A stretch of DNA of 16,007 nt from Pseudomonadota bacterium (lineage in GTDB: Bacteria > Pseudomonadota > Gammaproteobacteria > JAKAQQ01), in the NCBI GenBank assembly GCA_027320085.1, contig DAHVLZ010000016.1:1-16007 (forward strand), given 5' to 3'. The notes beneath the pieces were generated by a model, which had not been told where the DNA came from, did no database searches, and saw only the letters and a program-made list of their open reading frames with translations. Shown in pieces: positions 7,307 to 14,933 of the stretch. The position numbers were made by a program, and so were the translations under genes. Each line of letters starts with the position of its first letter. Positions within the stretch are counted from its first letter, which is position 1.

Positions 7307-8485
7307 TCAAGGGCCCCGTCGATTCCCCGGGATCCGTCCGCCAGCCCGTAACCGGACGCGGACGGGGGGTGCCCGGTGAGCGGGCTTCCGTCCGGCTTCG
7401 GGCTTCCCCGGGGCTGCCGGAATGCCCGGTCTCCGGCTTGGGCGGATCGCCTTCCGAGGCGGGAGTCTGACTGGGGTGTAGCCGGCCTGCGCCTTCGCCA
7501 GGATCCGGGACAGCTCCCGGCGCAGCGGAGCGGGCCCGAGTACCGTGACCCACTCGCATTGGCCCAGGAGCCAGCGGCGCAACGCGCGCGTGTCGCGCAC
7601 CGTGGCCGTGACCACCGAAGCACTCCGCCCGGCCGGCTCGATTTTCTGGTCCTCCGAGAGGGGCTGCTCGCGCAGGTAGAAGGCAGCCTCCCGACTGACC
7701 GAGAGCCTGAGTTGCAGGGGATCCGGGCCGAGCGTCACCTCGACCTCGCCCCGTTCGATGTAATCGTCCAGCCGGAAGTTCTTTTGATTGGCCGAGGCCA
7801 TGAGCTTTCTGGCCGTGCGGATGCGCGGGAGGGCATAGAGCCGCGGCTCCTTGTAATTCCAGGCCCTGGCCACGAGGTAGATGATCTTTCTGCACGGTAT
7901 GAGGGCCAGCGGATGGAGGATGTAGGGCTTGCCCTGCGGCCGATCCTCACCGGGCTTCTGATAGGTGATCTCGAGCTGGCGGCCCTCGAAGAGCGCCTCG
8001 TAGACCGGGCCGGATACCGTTGCCGGGATGTCCGGGGCCTTGCGGGGCAGATCGCCCGTGACGTCGCAAACCCGCTCCTGCCAGCGCGCGACATCGCCTT
8101 CTCCATGCTCGACCAGGAGAGAGCGCGATTGGGAGAAGTAGGGTTTGAAATGCTTGAGGACCGTGGGCGGGAGGAGTTCGTACAGGCGATCCTCCATGAA
8201 CCGGAAGCCCAAGGCCGTGTAGACATCCATGGCCGGGAAACCCCTCTGCGGCGCATCCTTCGACCAGAACCAGTAGTACGTCCGGTCCTCCCTTTTGTAT
8301 TCGAGATGGGGAAAAGCATCCTGGAGTTTCATGAGGTCCCGCTGGATGCTCCGCACACTGATCTCCTTGCGGGTCGTGTGCTCGATCTGCTGCTGGAGAT
8401 CCAGTGTCTTGACACACCCGGGCGCCCTCGGGACGTGCTCCAGCATGGCGAAATGGCGCTTGATGACCTGGCTCGTCGCGGGCAT
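7307..8485 (-). CDS. WYL-domain transcriptional regulator (wHTH-WYL-WCX)
   Basis: wHTH SVRSIQRDLMKL, WYL domain (ALFEGRQLEITY...LHPLAL...IYLVA...RLYALPRI) and WCX (LRRWLLG...VTVLGPAPLR). GGAGG RBS precedes ATG 8485. Confidence 0.92.
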   Translation of the reverse strand: MPATSQVIKRHFAMLEHVPRAPGCVKTLDLQQQIEHTTRKEISVRSIQRDLMKLQDAFPHLEYKREDRTYYWFWSKDAPQRGFPAMDVYTALGFRFMEDRLYELLPPTVLKHFKPYFSQSRSLLVEHGEGDVARWQERVCDVTGDLPRKAPDIPATVSGPVYEALFEGRQLEITYQKPGEDRPQGKPYILHPLALIPCRKIIYLVARAWNYKEPRLYALPRIRTARKLMASANQKNFRLDDYIERGEVEVTLGPDPLQLRLSVSREAAFYLREQPLSEDQKIEPAGRSASVVTATVRDTRALRRWLLGQCEWVTVLGPAPLRRELSRILAKAQAGYTPVRLPPRKAIRPSRRPGIPAAPGKPEAGRKPAHRAPPVRVRLRAGGRIPGNRRGP

Positions 8486-8504
8486 GGCCCCTCCGGGTTT
8501 TCGG

Positions 8505-8539
8505 ATGCGACACATCTTGTCGCAAGTGGAGACCAGACT
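8505..8539 (+). promoter_or_regulatory. Palindromic operator, copy 2, in the WYL/AAA divergent intergenic region, with a -10-like hexamer
   Basis: TGCGACA-CATCT-TGTCGCA (8506-8524), with CAGACT at 8534-8539, 10 nt after TGTCGC. It lies 20 nt upstream of the WYL start codon. Confidence 0.82.
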
Positions 8540-8571
8540 ATCACAGAATCCACCCGTTCCGAGGAGCCACC

Positions 8572-10707
8572 ATGAATCCCGCACGCCCCCCCGTCCGCAA
8601 TTTGAAAACCCGGTGCCCGGGACGCGCGCCGGACGGCCCCCAAGCCCTGTGTCGGCTCTGGGGTCTCCGCATGCTGCTCCTGCCCGAGGCCCGGAAGGAC
8701 CTGGCCCCGCTGCTCCTCAATGCCGGGATCCTGCGGCAGCTGGGGCTCAAATCCTTGCGCACAAGGTCCCTCCTCCCCGAGGAGGAGGATCAAGATCTGG
8801 AACTGTCGCATTTCCGTCTCGGCGAGGTGAGGCGGGCCCTGTCCCGGATCCGGCGCCTGGAACCGGGATTTCCGGAGCCCCTGGCGGGCAACCTGAAGAA
8901 TTTCCAGTCGGTCTTCGGGCTCACCCCGCTCGAACAGAACCTGATCGGCTTCTTCGTGATCCTGAACCGGGTCGAGTGGTTCAGCGAGTGTTCCCATTGC
9001 CTGGGGCTTGAACTCGGCAACCTCCGGATCTGCCAGATCCTGGGCCATCTGCTCAAGGCACCGGTCGACGAGGTCAAAAAGGCACTCGGTTCCGGCGGAA
9101 CGCTCGCCCGGGTGGGCCTCCTCCGCTTCGATTCCCGGGAGGGGGGGACGCTCCAGAGCCGGGTCGATCTCATGGACGGGCTTGCCGAACTCCTGTCAGG
9201 GGGCGAAACCACGGTGGAGGAGCTCTTCGGCCGTTTCTTCCGTGAGGCCCCGGCATGCCGGCTCGCGCGCGCGGATTACCCTCATGTGGCCACAGACCTC
9301 GATCTCCTGGTTGACCTCTTCCGCAATGCCCGCTCCCAACGGACATCCGGGGTCAACGTGCTCCTCTACGGCCCACCGGGTTCCGGCAAGACGGAACTCG
9401 CGAGACTCATCGGCCGGGAGGCCGGACTTTCCCTCTTCGAGGTGAGCGAGACCGATGCCGACGGCGACCCCTATCCCGGCAAAAAGCGCCTCCTCCTCTT
9501 CAGGCTCTGCCAGCAGACGCTCGAGCAGCACGAGCACTCGGCCATTCTCCTGGACGAGATGGAAGACGCCTTTCCCGCCGGCCCGGACGGGGAATTTATC
9601 CCTGACCCGAACGCAACCCACAAGGCGTGGACCCACCACCTCCTCGAGACCAACCCCATCCCGGCCCTCTGGATCAGCAACGTCGTGGACCAGATCGATC
9701 CCGCTCTCCTCAGGCGCTTCAGTTACATCCTCAGGCTGGATGCCCCGCCCGCGCGGGTGCGCGAGCGCATCCTGGCCGAGCGGGTCGAGGGACTCGGCGT
9801 GACCGAGAGCTGGATCCGCCGCGTGGCCCGGGGATCCGCCTGCATGCCGGCCCATCTGGACACCGCGGCGCGCACGGCCCGCCTGGCCTCGCGCACGGGA
9901 CCCTCGGCCGAGACCGTGATGGAACGGGTGCTCCAAGGTCTCTTCGTGGCCTCCGGGGAGAAACCCATCCCCCGGGGAGAGCGCGCCTCCCCGCTCCCGT
10001 ACCGGCCCGACTGGATCAATCCCGACATCGACCTCAAGGGCATCCGGACCGCCTTCGGGCAGCACCCCGAACTCCGGATCTGCCTCTACGGACCTCCGGG
10101 TACCGGCAAGACCGCCTTCGGGAAACACCTGGCCGAGAGCCTGGATCTCCCCCACTGCCTCTACCGCGCCTCGGATCTGCTCGGGTGCTACGTCGGGGAG
10201 TCGGAGCAGAAGATCGCCGACATGTTCCGGCAGGCCGAGGAGGAAGGTGCCCTCCTCCAGGTGGACGAGGTGGACAGCTTCCTCGGGAAACGCGGGAGGA
10301 CCCAGCAGAACTGGGAGGCCACCCTGGTCAACGAGTTTCTGGTCGGTCTCGAGAACTTCCGGGGACTCTTCCTGGCCTCCACGAACCGCGTCACGGATCT
10401 CGACGAGGCGGCCTTCCGGCGCTTCGATCTCAAGGTCCGGCTGGATCCCCTGACACGGAGCCAGGCGCTCGAGATGGCCAATGCCGTGCTCGACGCCTGG
10501 CAGTGTCCGCGGGTTTCGGGTGACGGGGAGTCGCGCCTCGCCGCACTGACCGGCCTCACACCCGGCGATTTCCGGGCGGCACTCCGCAGACTCCTCCTCG
10601 TGGAAGAGCGAAACGCGGACACGCTCGTGGACGCGCTCGCCTCCGAACTGACCCACAAACCCGGAAACCATCGCGGTATCGGCTTCCTCGCGGAGTGGCG
10701 GCCATGA
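8572..10707 (+). CDS. Double-domain classical AAA+ ATPase, 711 aa
   Basis: D1: GPPGSGKT, ILLDEME, DPALLRRF. D2: GPPGTGKT, pore loop LLGCYVGESE, LLQVDEVD, STN, DEAAFRRFD. C-terminus GIGF. RBS GAGGAG at 8561-8566. Confidence 0.92.
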   Translation: MNPARPPVRNLKTRCPGRAPDGPQALCRLWGLRMLLLPEARKDLAPLLLNAGILRQLGLKSLRTRSLLPEEEDQDLELSHFRLGEVRRALSRIRRLEPGFPEPLAGNLKNFQSVFGLTPLEQNLIGFFVILNRVEWFSECSHCLGLELGNLRICQILGHLLKAPVDEVKKALGSGGTLARVGLLRFDSREGGTLQSRVDLMDGLAELLSGGETTVEELFGRFFREAPACRLARADYPHVATDLDLLVDLFRNARSQRTSGVNVLLYGPPGSGKTELARLIGREAGLSLFEVSETDADGDPYPGKKRLLLFRLCQQTLEQHEHSAILLDEMEDAFPAGPDGEFIPDPNATHKAWTHHLLETNPIPALWISNVVDQIDPALLRRFSYILRLDAPPARVRERILAERVEGLGVTESWIRRVARGSACMPAHLDTAARTARLASRTGPSAETVMERVLQGLFVASGEKPIPRGERASPLPYRPDWINPDIDLKGIRTAFGQHPELRICLYGPPGTGKTAFGKHLAESLDLPHCLYRASDLLGCYVGESEQKIADMFRQAEEEGALLQVDEVDSFLGKRGRTQQNWEATLVNEFLVGLENFRGLFLASTNRVTDLDEAAFRRFDLKVRLDPLTRSQALEMANAVLDAWQCPRVSGDGESRLAALTGLTPGDFRAALRRLLLVEERNADTLVDALASELTHKPGNHRGIGFLAEWRP

Positions 10708-10745
10708 GGTCCCCACTGCCCACGAGGGGCCGGGGCAACTCCGCG

Positions 10746-10754
10746 TGTTATCAT
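10746..10754 (+). promoter_or_regulatory. Possible extended -10 promoter for the wecA-like gene
   Basis: TGtTATCAT in the intergenic region about 90 nt upstream of ATG 10843. Confidence 0.3.
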
Positions 10755-10842
10755 GACGCTGCGAGAGCGAGGCTCGAGCGCCACCCGGCTTGCGGAACGG
10801 ACTGCTCGGGAATCACGCAGCAAGAACAAGGGAGACCGGAAC

Positions 10843-11919
10843 ATGATTGAGTTCCTGGCCGGAAGCAGTGGATTTGTGCTCACGGCGATCACGATCGGAC
10901 TCCTCAACCCCTATGCCCGGCTGCTCGGTCTCCTCGATGCGCCCGGGTTCCTCAAGCATCACACCGCCCCGGTCCCGCTCACGGGCGGTATCGCGATTCT
11001 CGCGGGCTTCCTCACCACCTCGGCACTGCTCTATCTCGTCCACCCCCTCCACTTCCCCGAATGGCCACCCTACCTCCTCTGCGTGACCCTGCTCGCCACG
11101 GTGGGCATCGCGGACGATGCCACCGCCCGGGTCGGCCCGGGCGTCCGGGCCTTCCTGGAGGTGGCGATCGCCAGTATCGCCGCGCTCACGGCCCATGTGA
11201 TCCTCATCCGGCTCGGCAACCTCTGGGGGGGCGGGCGGGTCAGAACCGGGCTCCTCGCGGTTCCCTTCACGGTGCTCTGCATCCTGGGCGTCACGAACTC
11301 GATGAACCTGATCGACGGCTCGGACGGGCTCGCGGGACTCGTGAGCCTCGCCTCCCTGTTCTGGATCGGGCTTTTCGCCCAGGCAACCGGACGAGCGGAT
11401 ATCCAGACCGCCGTCCTGATCCTGGGAGGCGGGCTCGCCGCATTCCTGGCCTGCAATCTGCAATATTCGCGGCGGCGGATCCGGGTCTTTCTCGGGAGCA
11501 CGGGGAGCACCTTCCTCGGATTCACGCTGGCGTGGATGCTGATCCACCTGAGCCAGTCGCCAGGGGCGGGCCTCCCCCCGATCGTGGCCGTCTGGATCAT
11601 GGGACTGCCGATCCTGGACACGATCAGTGTCATGCTGCGAAGGATCCTCCGGGGCCGCAACCCGCTTCATGGCGGTCGCGACCATCTCCACCACTTTCTC
11701 GCCCTGCTGGGTTTTTCGAGCCGGCGCATCGCCTTCTTCGAGGCCACTCTCGCACTCGGGTTCGGCGGCATCGGTTATCTGGGATGGGTGCTCCACGGTC
11801 CCACCCCGCTCCTCACCTGGGGATTCATCGTCGTGGCCGTGTTTTACTTCACGGGATTTGTGATGCTGGACCGCAAGCTCAAGTGGGCGGAGTGGCCGTT
11901 TCTCGAAGAGCCGGACTGA
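10843..11919 (+). CDS. wecA: Undecaprenyl-phosphate N-acetylhexosamine-1-phosphate transferase (WecA/MraY PNPT family)
   Basis: Motifs KHH..PVPLTGG, GIADD, NSMNLIDGSDGLAG, VFLGSTGS and RDHLHHFL in a multi-TM protein. The start is placed at ATG 10843 after GGGAG. Confidence 0.85.
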   Translation: MIEFLAGSSGFVLTAITIGLLNPYARLLGLLDAPGFLKHHTAPVPLTGGIAILAGFLTTSALLYLVHPLHFPEWPPYLLCVTLLATVGIADDATARVGPGVRAFLEVAIASIAALTAHVILIRLGNLWGGGRVRTGLLAVPFTVLCILGVTNSMNLIDGSDGLAGLVSLASLFWIGLFAQATGRADIQTAVLILGGGLAAFLACNLQYSRRRIRVFLGSTGSTFLGFTLAWMLIHLSQSPGAGLPPIVAVWIMGLPILDTISVMLRRILRGRNPLHGGRDHLHHFLALLGFSSRRIAFFEATLALGFGGIGYLGWVLHGPTPLLTWGFIVVAVFYFTGFVMLDRKLKWAEWPFLEEPD

Positions 11920-12086
11920 AGGACGAGGCCGGATGAATCCATGTGGCACCCTGAGAGGGAGATCCCGTGGGGGAACGAAGGGCCGCAGTTTAACAGGCCT
12001 TCCGGCCCGGGAACGGGCAGACGGATCCACTTTGGATCCGGCGGATTGCCGGTTCAATTCAAGACTGCTGACAGGAGGTATGCGCG

Positions 12087-13082
12087 ATGACGGTTAAACG
12101 AAATGTTCTGGTCTGTGGAGCGGGTGGATTCATCGGAAGCCACCTGGTCCGGCACCTCAAGGCCGATGGGGGCTGCTGGGTACGCGGTGTGGATCTCAAG
12201 TACCCGGAATTTTCTCCCACGGCAGCCGACGATTTCCTGATCGGGGATCTCCGCGATCCTGTGATTTGCCGGGAAGCCCTCGATCGGGGCTTCGACGAGG
12301 TCTACCAGCTGGCCGCCGACATGGGCGGTGCCGGATTCGTGTTCACGGGTGAGAACGATGCCGACATCATGCACAACTCGGCCTTGATCAACCTGAACGT
12401 CCTCGAAGCCTGCCACCGGCGCAACACGAAGCGGATCTTCTATTCCTCATCGGCCTGCATGTACCCGGCCTACAACCAGGAAGATCCGGACAACCCCTGC
12501 TGTTCCGAGGATTCGGCCTATCCGGCGGCCCCGGACAGCGAATACGGCTGGGAGAAGCTGTTCAGCGAACGGCTCTACCTGGCCTTCGCCCGCAACCACG
12601 GACTCGAGGTGCGGATCGCCCGCTACCACAACATCTTCGGACCCGAGGGTACCTGGGACGGGGGACGCGAGAAGGCCCCTGCGGCCCTGTCACGCAAGAT
12701 CGCCCTCGCCCGCGATGGGGACGAAATCGAGATCTGGGGGGATGGGCAGCAGACCCGGTCGTTCCTCTACGTGGACGAGTGCCTCGAGGGCACGATCCGT
12801 CTCACCCGGTCGGAGTGGACGGGCCCCGTGAACATCGGCTCGGCCGAGCAGGTCACGATCGACGGGCTGGCGCAACAGATCGCGAAGATCGCGGGCAAGC
12901 GGATCCGGCTCCGGCATGTGCCCGGACCCCTGGGGGTGCGCGGGCGCAACTCCGACAACCGGCTGATCCAAGAACGGCTGGGTTGGGCCCCCACCGAGTC
13001 CCTCGAAGCCGGGCTGCGCCGAACCTACCCGTGGATTGCCGGGCAGATCCAGAACCGTGGGAAAAAGACAGCCGGCGCCTGA
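12087..13082 (+). CDS. NAD-dependent epimerase, GDP-mannose 3,5-epimerase-like
   Basis: Motifs GAGGFIGSH, LAADMGGAGF, YSSSACMYP, YGWEK and GTWDGGREKAPAA. AGGAGG RBS. Confidence 0.9.
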   Translation: MTVKRNVLVCGAGGFIGSHLVRHLKADGGCWVRGVDLKYPEFSPTAADDFLIGDLRDPVICREALDRGFDEVYQLAADMGGAGFVFTGENDADIMHNSALINLNVLEACHRRNTKRIFYSSSACMYPAYNQEDPDNPCCSEDSAYPAAPDSEYGWEKLFSERLYLAFARNHGLEVRIARYHNIFGPEGTWDGGREKAPAALSRKIALARDGDEIEIWGDGQQTRSFLYVDECLEGTIRLTRSEWTGPVNIGSAEQVTIDGLAQQIAKIAGKRIRLRHVPGPLGVRGRNSDNRLIQERLGWAPTESLEAGLRRTYPWIAGQIQNRGKKTAGA

Positions 13083-13095
13083 TCCGGTCTGCCAA

Positions 13096-13929
13096 TCAGG
13101 GTGAGGATACCGATCCGGCCCCGTCCAGGAAGGAGGCCAGCGTCCTTTTGAGCACCGGAGACGGGGGCGTCCAGAACTGGGGGAGCTTGCGCAGGGGTTT
13201 GAGCACCCGGAACCCGGGGAACGGGGAGATGCCATTGACCCTCCAGGCCTGCCGGTCGAAACGGTTCGCCCGTATCCGGTTCCGGACCGTTGCATTGCTG
13301 GCCCCGCCCAATCGCATGGCAACCCAGAAATCCGGGATGCAGATGGAAGAAAGGCCATGGAGAAAGAGAAAGCGCAGCATGAGTTCGTAGTCGGCCGCGC
13401 TCCCGAGGTCGAGCCGCATTGCTCCGAATTGCCGGTAGAGACCAAGCCGGGCATAGAAGGTGGGATGGGGCGGCATCCATCCATATCGGAAACGGAGACG
13501 CCGATAGGAAGTTCCCGGCCAGACCCGGAGGATCCGCGTCGGTTCCGCCGGATCCACATAGGCGACCTGACCGTAACAGCTGTCCACACCATCCGAGAAG
13601 GCATCCACCACCCGTCCCAGGGTGTCCGGGCAAAAAAAGAAGTCGTCGGCATTCAAAAACCCGGCAATCTCGCCCGTTGCCAGTGCAAGGCCCTTGTTCA
13701 TTCCGTCGTAAATCCCGCGATCCCGTTCCGAGATCATCTGACGGACCGTCTCGGGGTACTCGCGGACCAAATCCAGACTCCCGTCGGTCGAGAGCCCGTC
13801 CACCACGACCTGCTCGATCTCGAACTCCCGTCCACGGGGTGAGCGGCGATGCTGCAGGGCGACGCTCCGGAGGCAGGTGCGAAGGGTGGCAACGCCATTC
13901 CTGACGGTGGTGATCACCGAGACTTTCAT
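13096..13929 (-). CDS. Family 2 glycosyltransferase (WcaE/WfgS-like)
   Basis: Motifs MKVSVIT, VVDGLSTDGS, SERDRGIYDGMNKG, FLNADD, PPHPTFY, AADYELMLRF and MRLGGASN. Confidence 0.92.
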   Translation of the reverse strand: MKVSVITTVRNGVATLRTCLRSVALQHRRSPRGREFEIEQVVVDGLSTDGSLDLVREYPETVRQMISERDRGIYDGMNKGLALATGEIAGFLNADDFFFCPDTLGRVVDAFSDGVDSCYGQVAYVDPAEPTRILRVWPGTSYRRLRFRYGWMPPHPTFYARLGLYRQFGAMRLDLGSAADYELMLRFLFLHGLSSICIPDFWVAMRLGGASNATVRNRIRANRFDRQAWRVNGISPFPGFRVLKPLRKLPQFWTPPSPVLKRTLASFLDGAGSVSSP

Positions 13930-14042
13930 GTCATTCCCGCTCCCGAGGCATCGAAGGGCCCGGGGTTCCGCCGGATCTGCCAGTTGCCCAGAACCAGGAG
14001 ATCCATGTGGGTCCTGAGGAAACAGTCAAGGGTTTCTTCAGC
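13926..14042 (-). pseudogene. C-terminal remnant of a NodU/CmcH-family carbamoyltransferase
   Basis: The minus strand reads AEETLDCFLRTHMDLLVLGNWQIRRNPGPFDASGAGMT*, resembling the family's terminal TPEEALDCFLRT.MD.LVLG motif. Its stop overlaps the GT2 ATG (ATGA). Only about 40 nt separate it from the upstream gene, so the rest of the gene is missing. Confidence 0.7.
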
Positions 14043-14084
14043 CAGAGGTGTGGTCCTGCGTCCTTGCGAGGCCTGGGCGGGTTC

Positions 14085-14933
14085 TCAGGAATCACTCTGC
14101 TTTTCTCTCAATCTACGTTCGTAGAGTTTCGCATCAACCAGAAACCGGTACCAGAAAGCCTGCAAACAGCAAAAGACCAGCCCCGGGAGACCGTCCAGGA
14201 AACCCACCCGGATCCAGTAGCGATAAACCCAGTAAAGCCATGCCCTAAAAAAAATGGGGGCTCTCATATAGATCGACAGCTTGAGTCTTCGCCTCAGTCC
14301 GGCCTGTCCTTCAGGAACACCTCCTTGCGGAGGATGGAGGAGATCCAGCACCTCGCGATCCGAGTAGCCATTGTGCTTGTCAACCCAAAATCCCAGTCCC
14401 TTGAGATTCTCGTCGACGAGATCATGCTTCATGTGAAGAATAGGTCCCCCTCCCTCCAGAACCACATGCTCATCCATCGCCCGATCCTCGAGGCGTCCTC
14501 TCCCCGTGCGCCAGATTCTAAGCAACCAGGTCGGATAATAGCCTCCATGCCGGATCCAGTGCCCCCAGAAATAGACCCGTCGGCGAATGAGCCACCCGTC
14601 GACCTTATGGTCTGTGGCGGGCAATACACGAGCCATCTCGGCGGCGAGCTCGGGCAGGAGATACTCGTCCCCGTCCATCCGCATGGTCCACGGCGTGTCT
14701 ACCGGTACCGTCTCAAGTGCCCAGTTGAACTGCCGGGAATGGTTCTCGAACGGATGCGAGTAGACCTCGGCACCGAGCTGGCGCGCCAGCTCCGCGGTGC
14801 CGTCCGTGCTTCCTGAGTCCACCATCACGAAACGGGCGGGAACCGCATCGAAACTGCGGATCAGCCGGGACAGGTGAAGAGACTCGTTCTTCACCAGAAC
14901 AATCACGGTCACGATCGGCTGATCGTTACTCAT
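14085..14933 (-). CDS. Family 2 glycosyltransferase (beta-1,4-glucosyltransferase/KdtX-like)
   Basis: Motifs IVLVKNES, VDSGSTDGT, QFNWAL, MDGDE, WIRHGGYYP, MDEH and KHNGYSDRE. The start at ATG 14933 overlaps the upstream stop. Confidence 0.9.
   Translation of the reverse strand: MSNDQPIVTVIVLVKNESLHLSRLIRSFDAVPARFVMVDSGSTDGTAELARQLGAEVYSHPFENHSRQFNWALETVPVDTPWTMRMDGDEYLLPELAAEMARVLPATDHKVDGWLIRRRVYFWGHWIRHGGYYPTWLLRIWRTGRGRLEDRAMDEHVVLEGGGPILHMKHDLVDENLKGLGFWVDKHNGYSDREVLDLLHPPQGGVPEGQAGLRRRLKLSIYMRAPIFFRAWLYWVYRYWIRVGFLDGLPGLVFCCLQAFWYRFLVDAKLYERRLREKQSDS

Noticed and set aside
8486-8584. ORF-track N-terminal extension of the WYL protein
   Set aside because: It would run through the operator and overlap the AAA start. 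An RBS supports 8485.
8804-8810. Additional TGTCGCA inside the AAA gene, and GTCGCA at 5549-5554
   Set aside because: These are half-sites only, with no matching TGCGAC arm.
9196-10716. 506-aa minus-strand ORF, and similar long overlapping ORFs such as 7376-8575 (+) and 10813-12057 (-)
   Set aside because: These are antisense shadows of well-supported genes.
5484-10750. WYL module as a mobile element bounded by direct repeats (TGCC-ACCCGGGGGGCGGG near 5507 versus TGCCCACGAGGGGCCGGG near 10717)
   Set aside because: The similarity is weak and low-complexity. There is no integrase, transposase or tRNA, and no obvious GC shift.
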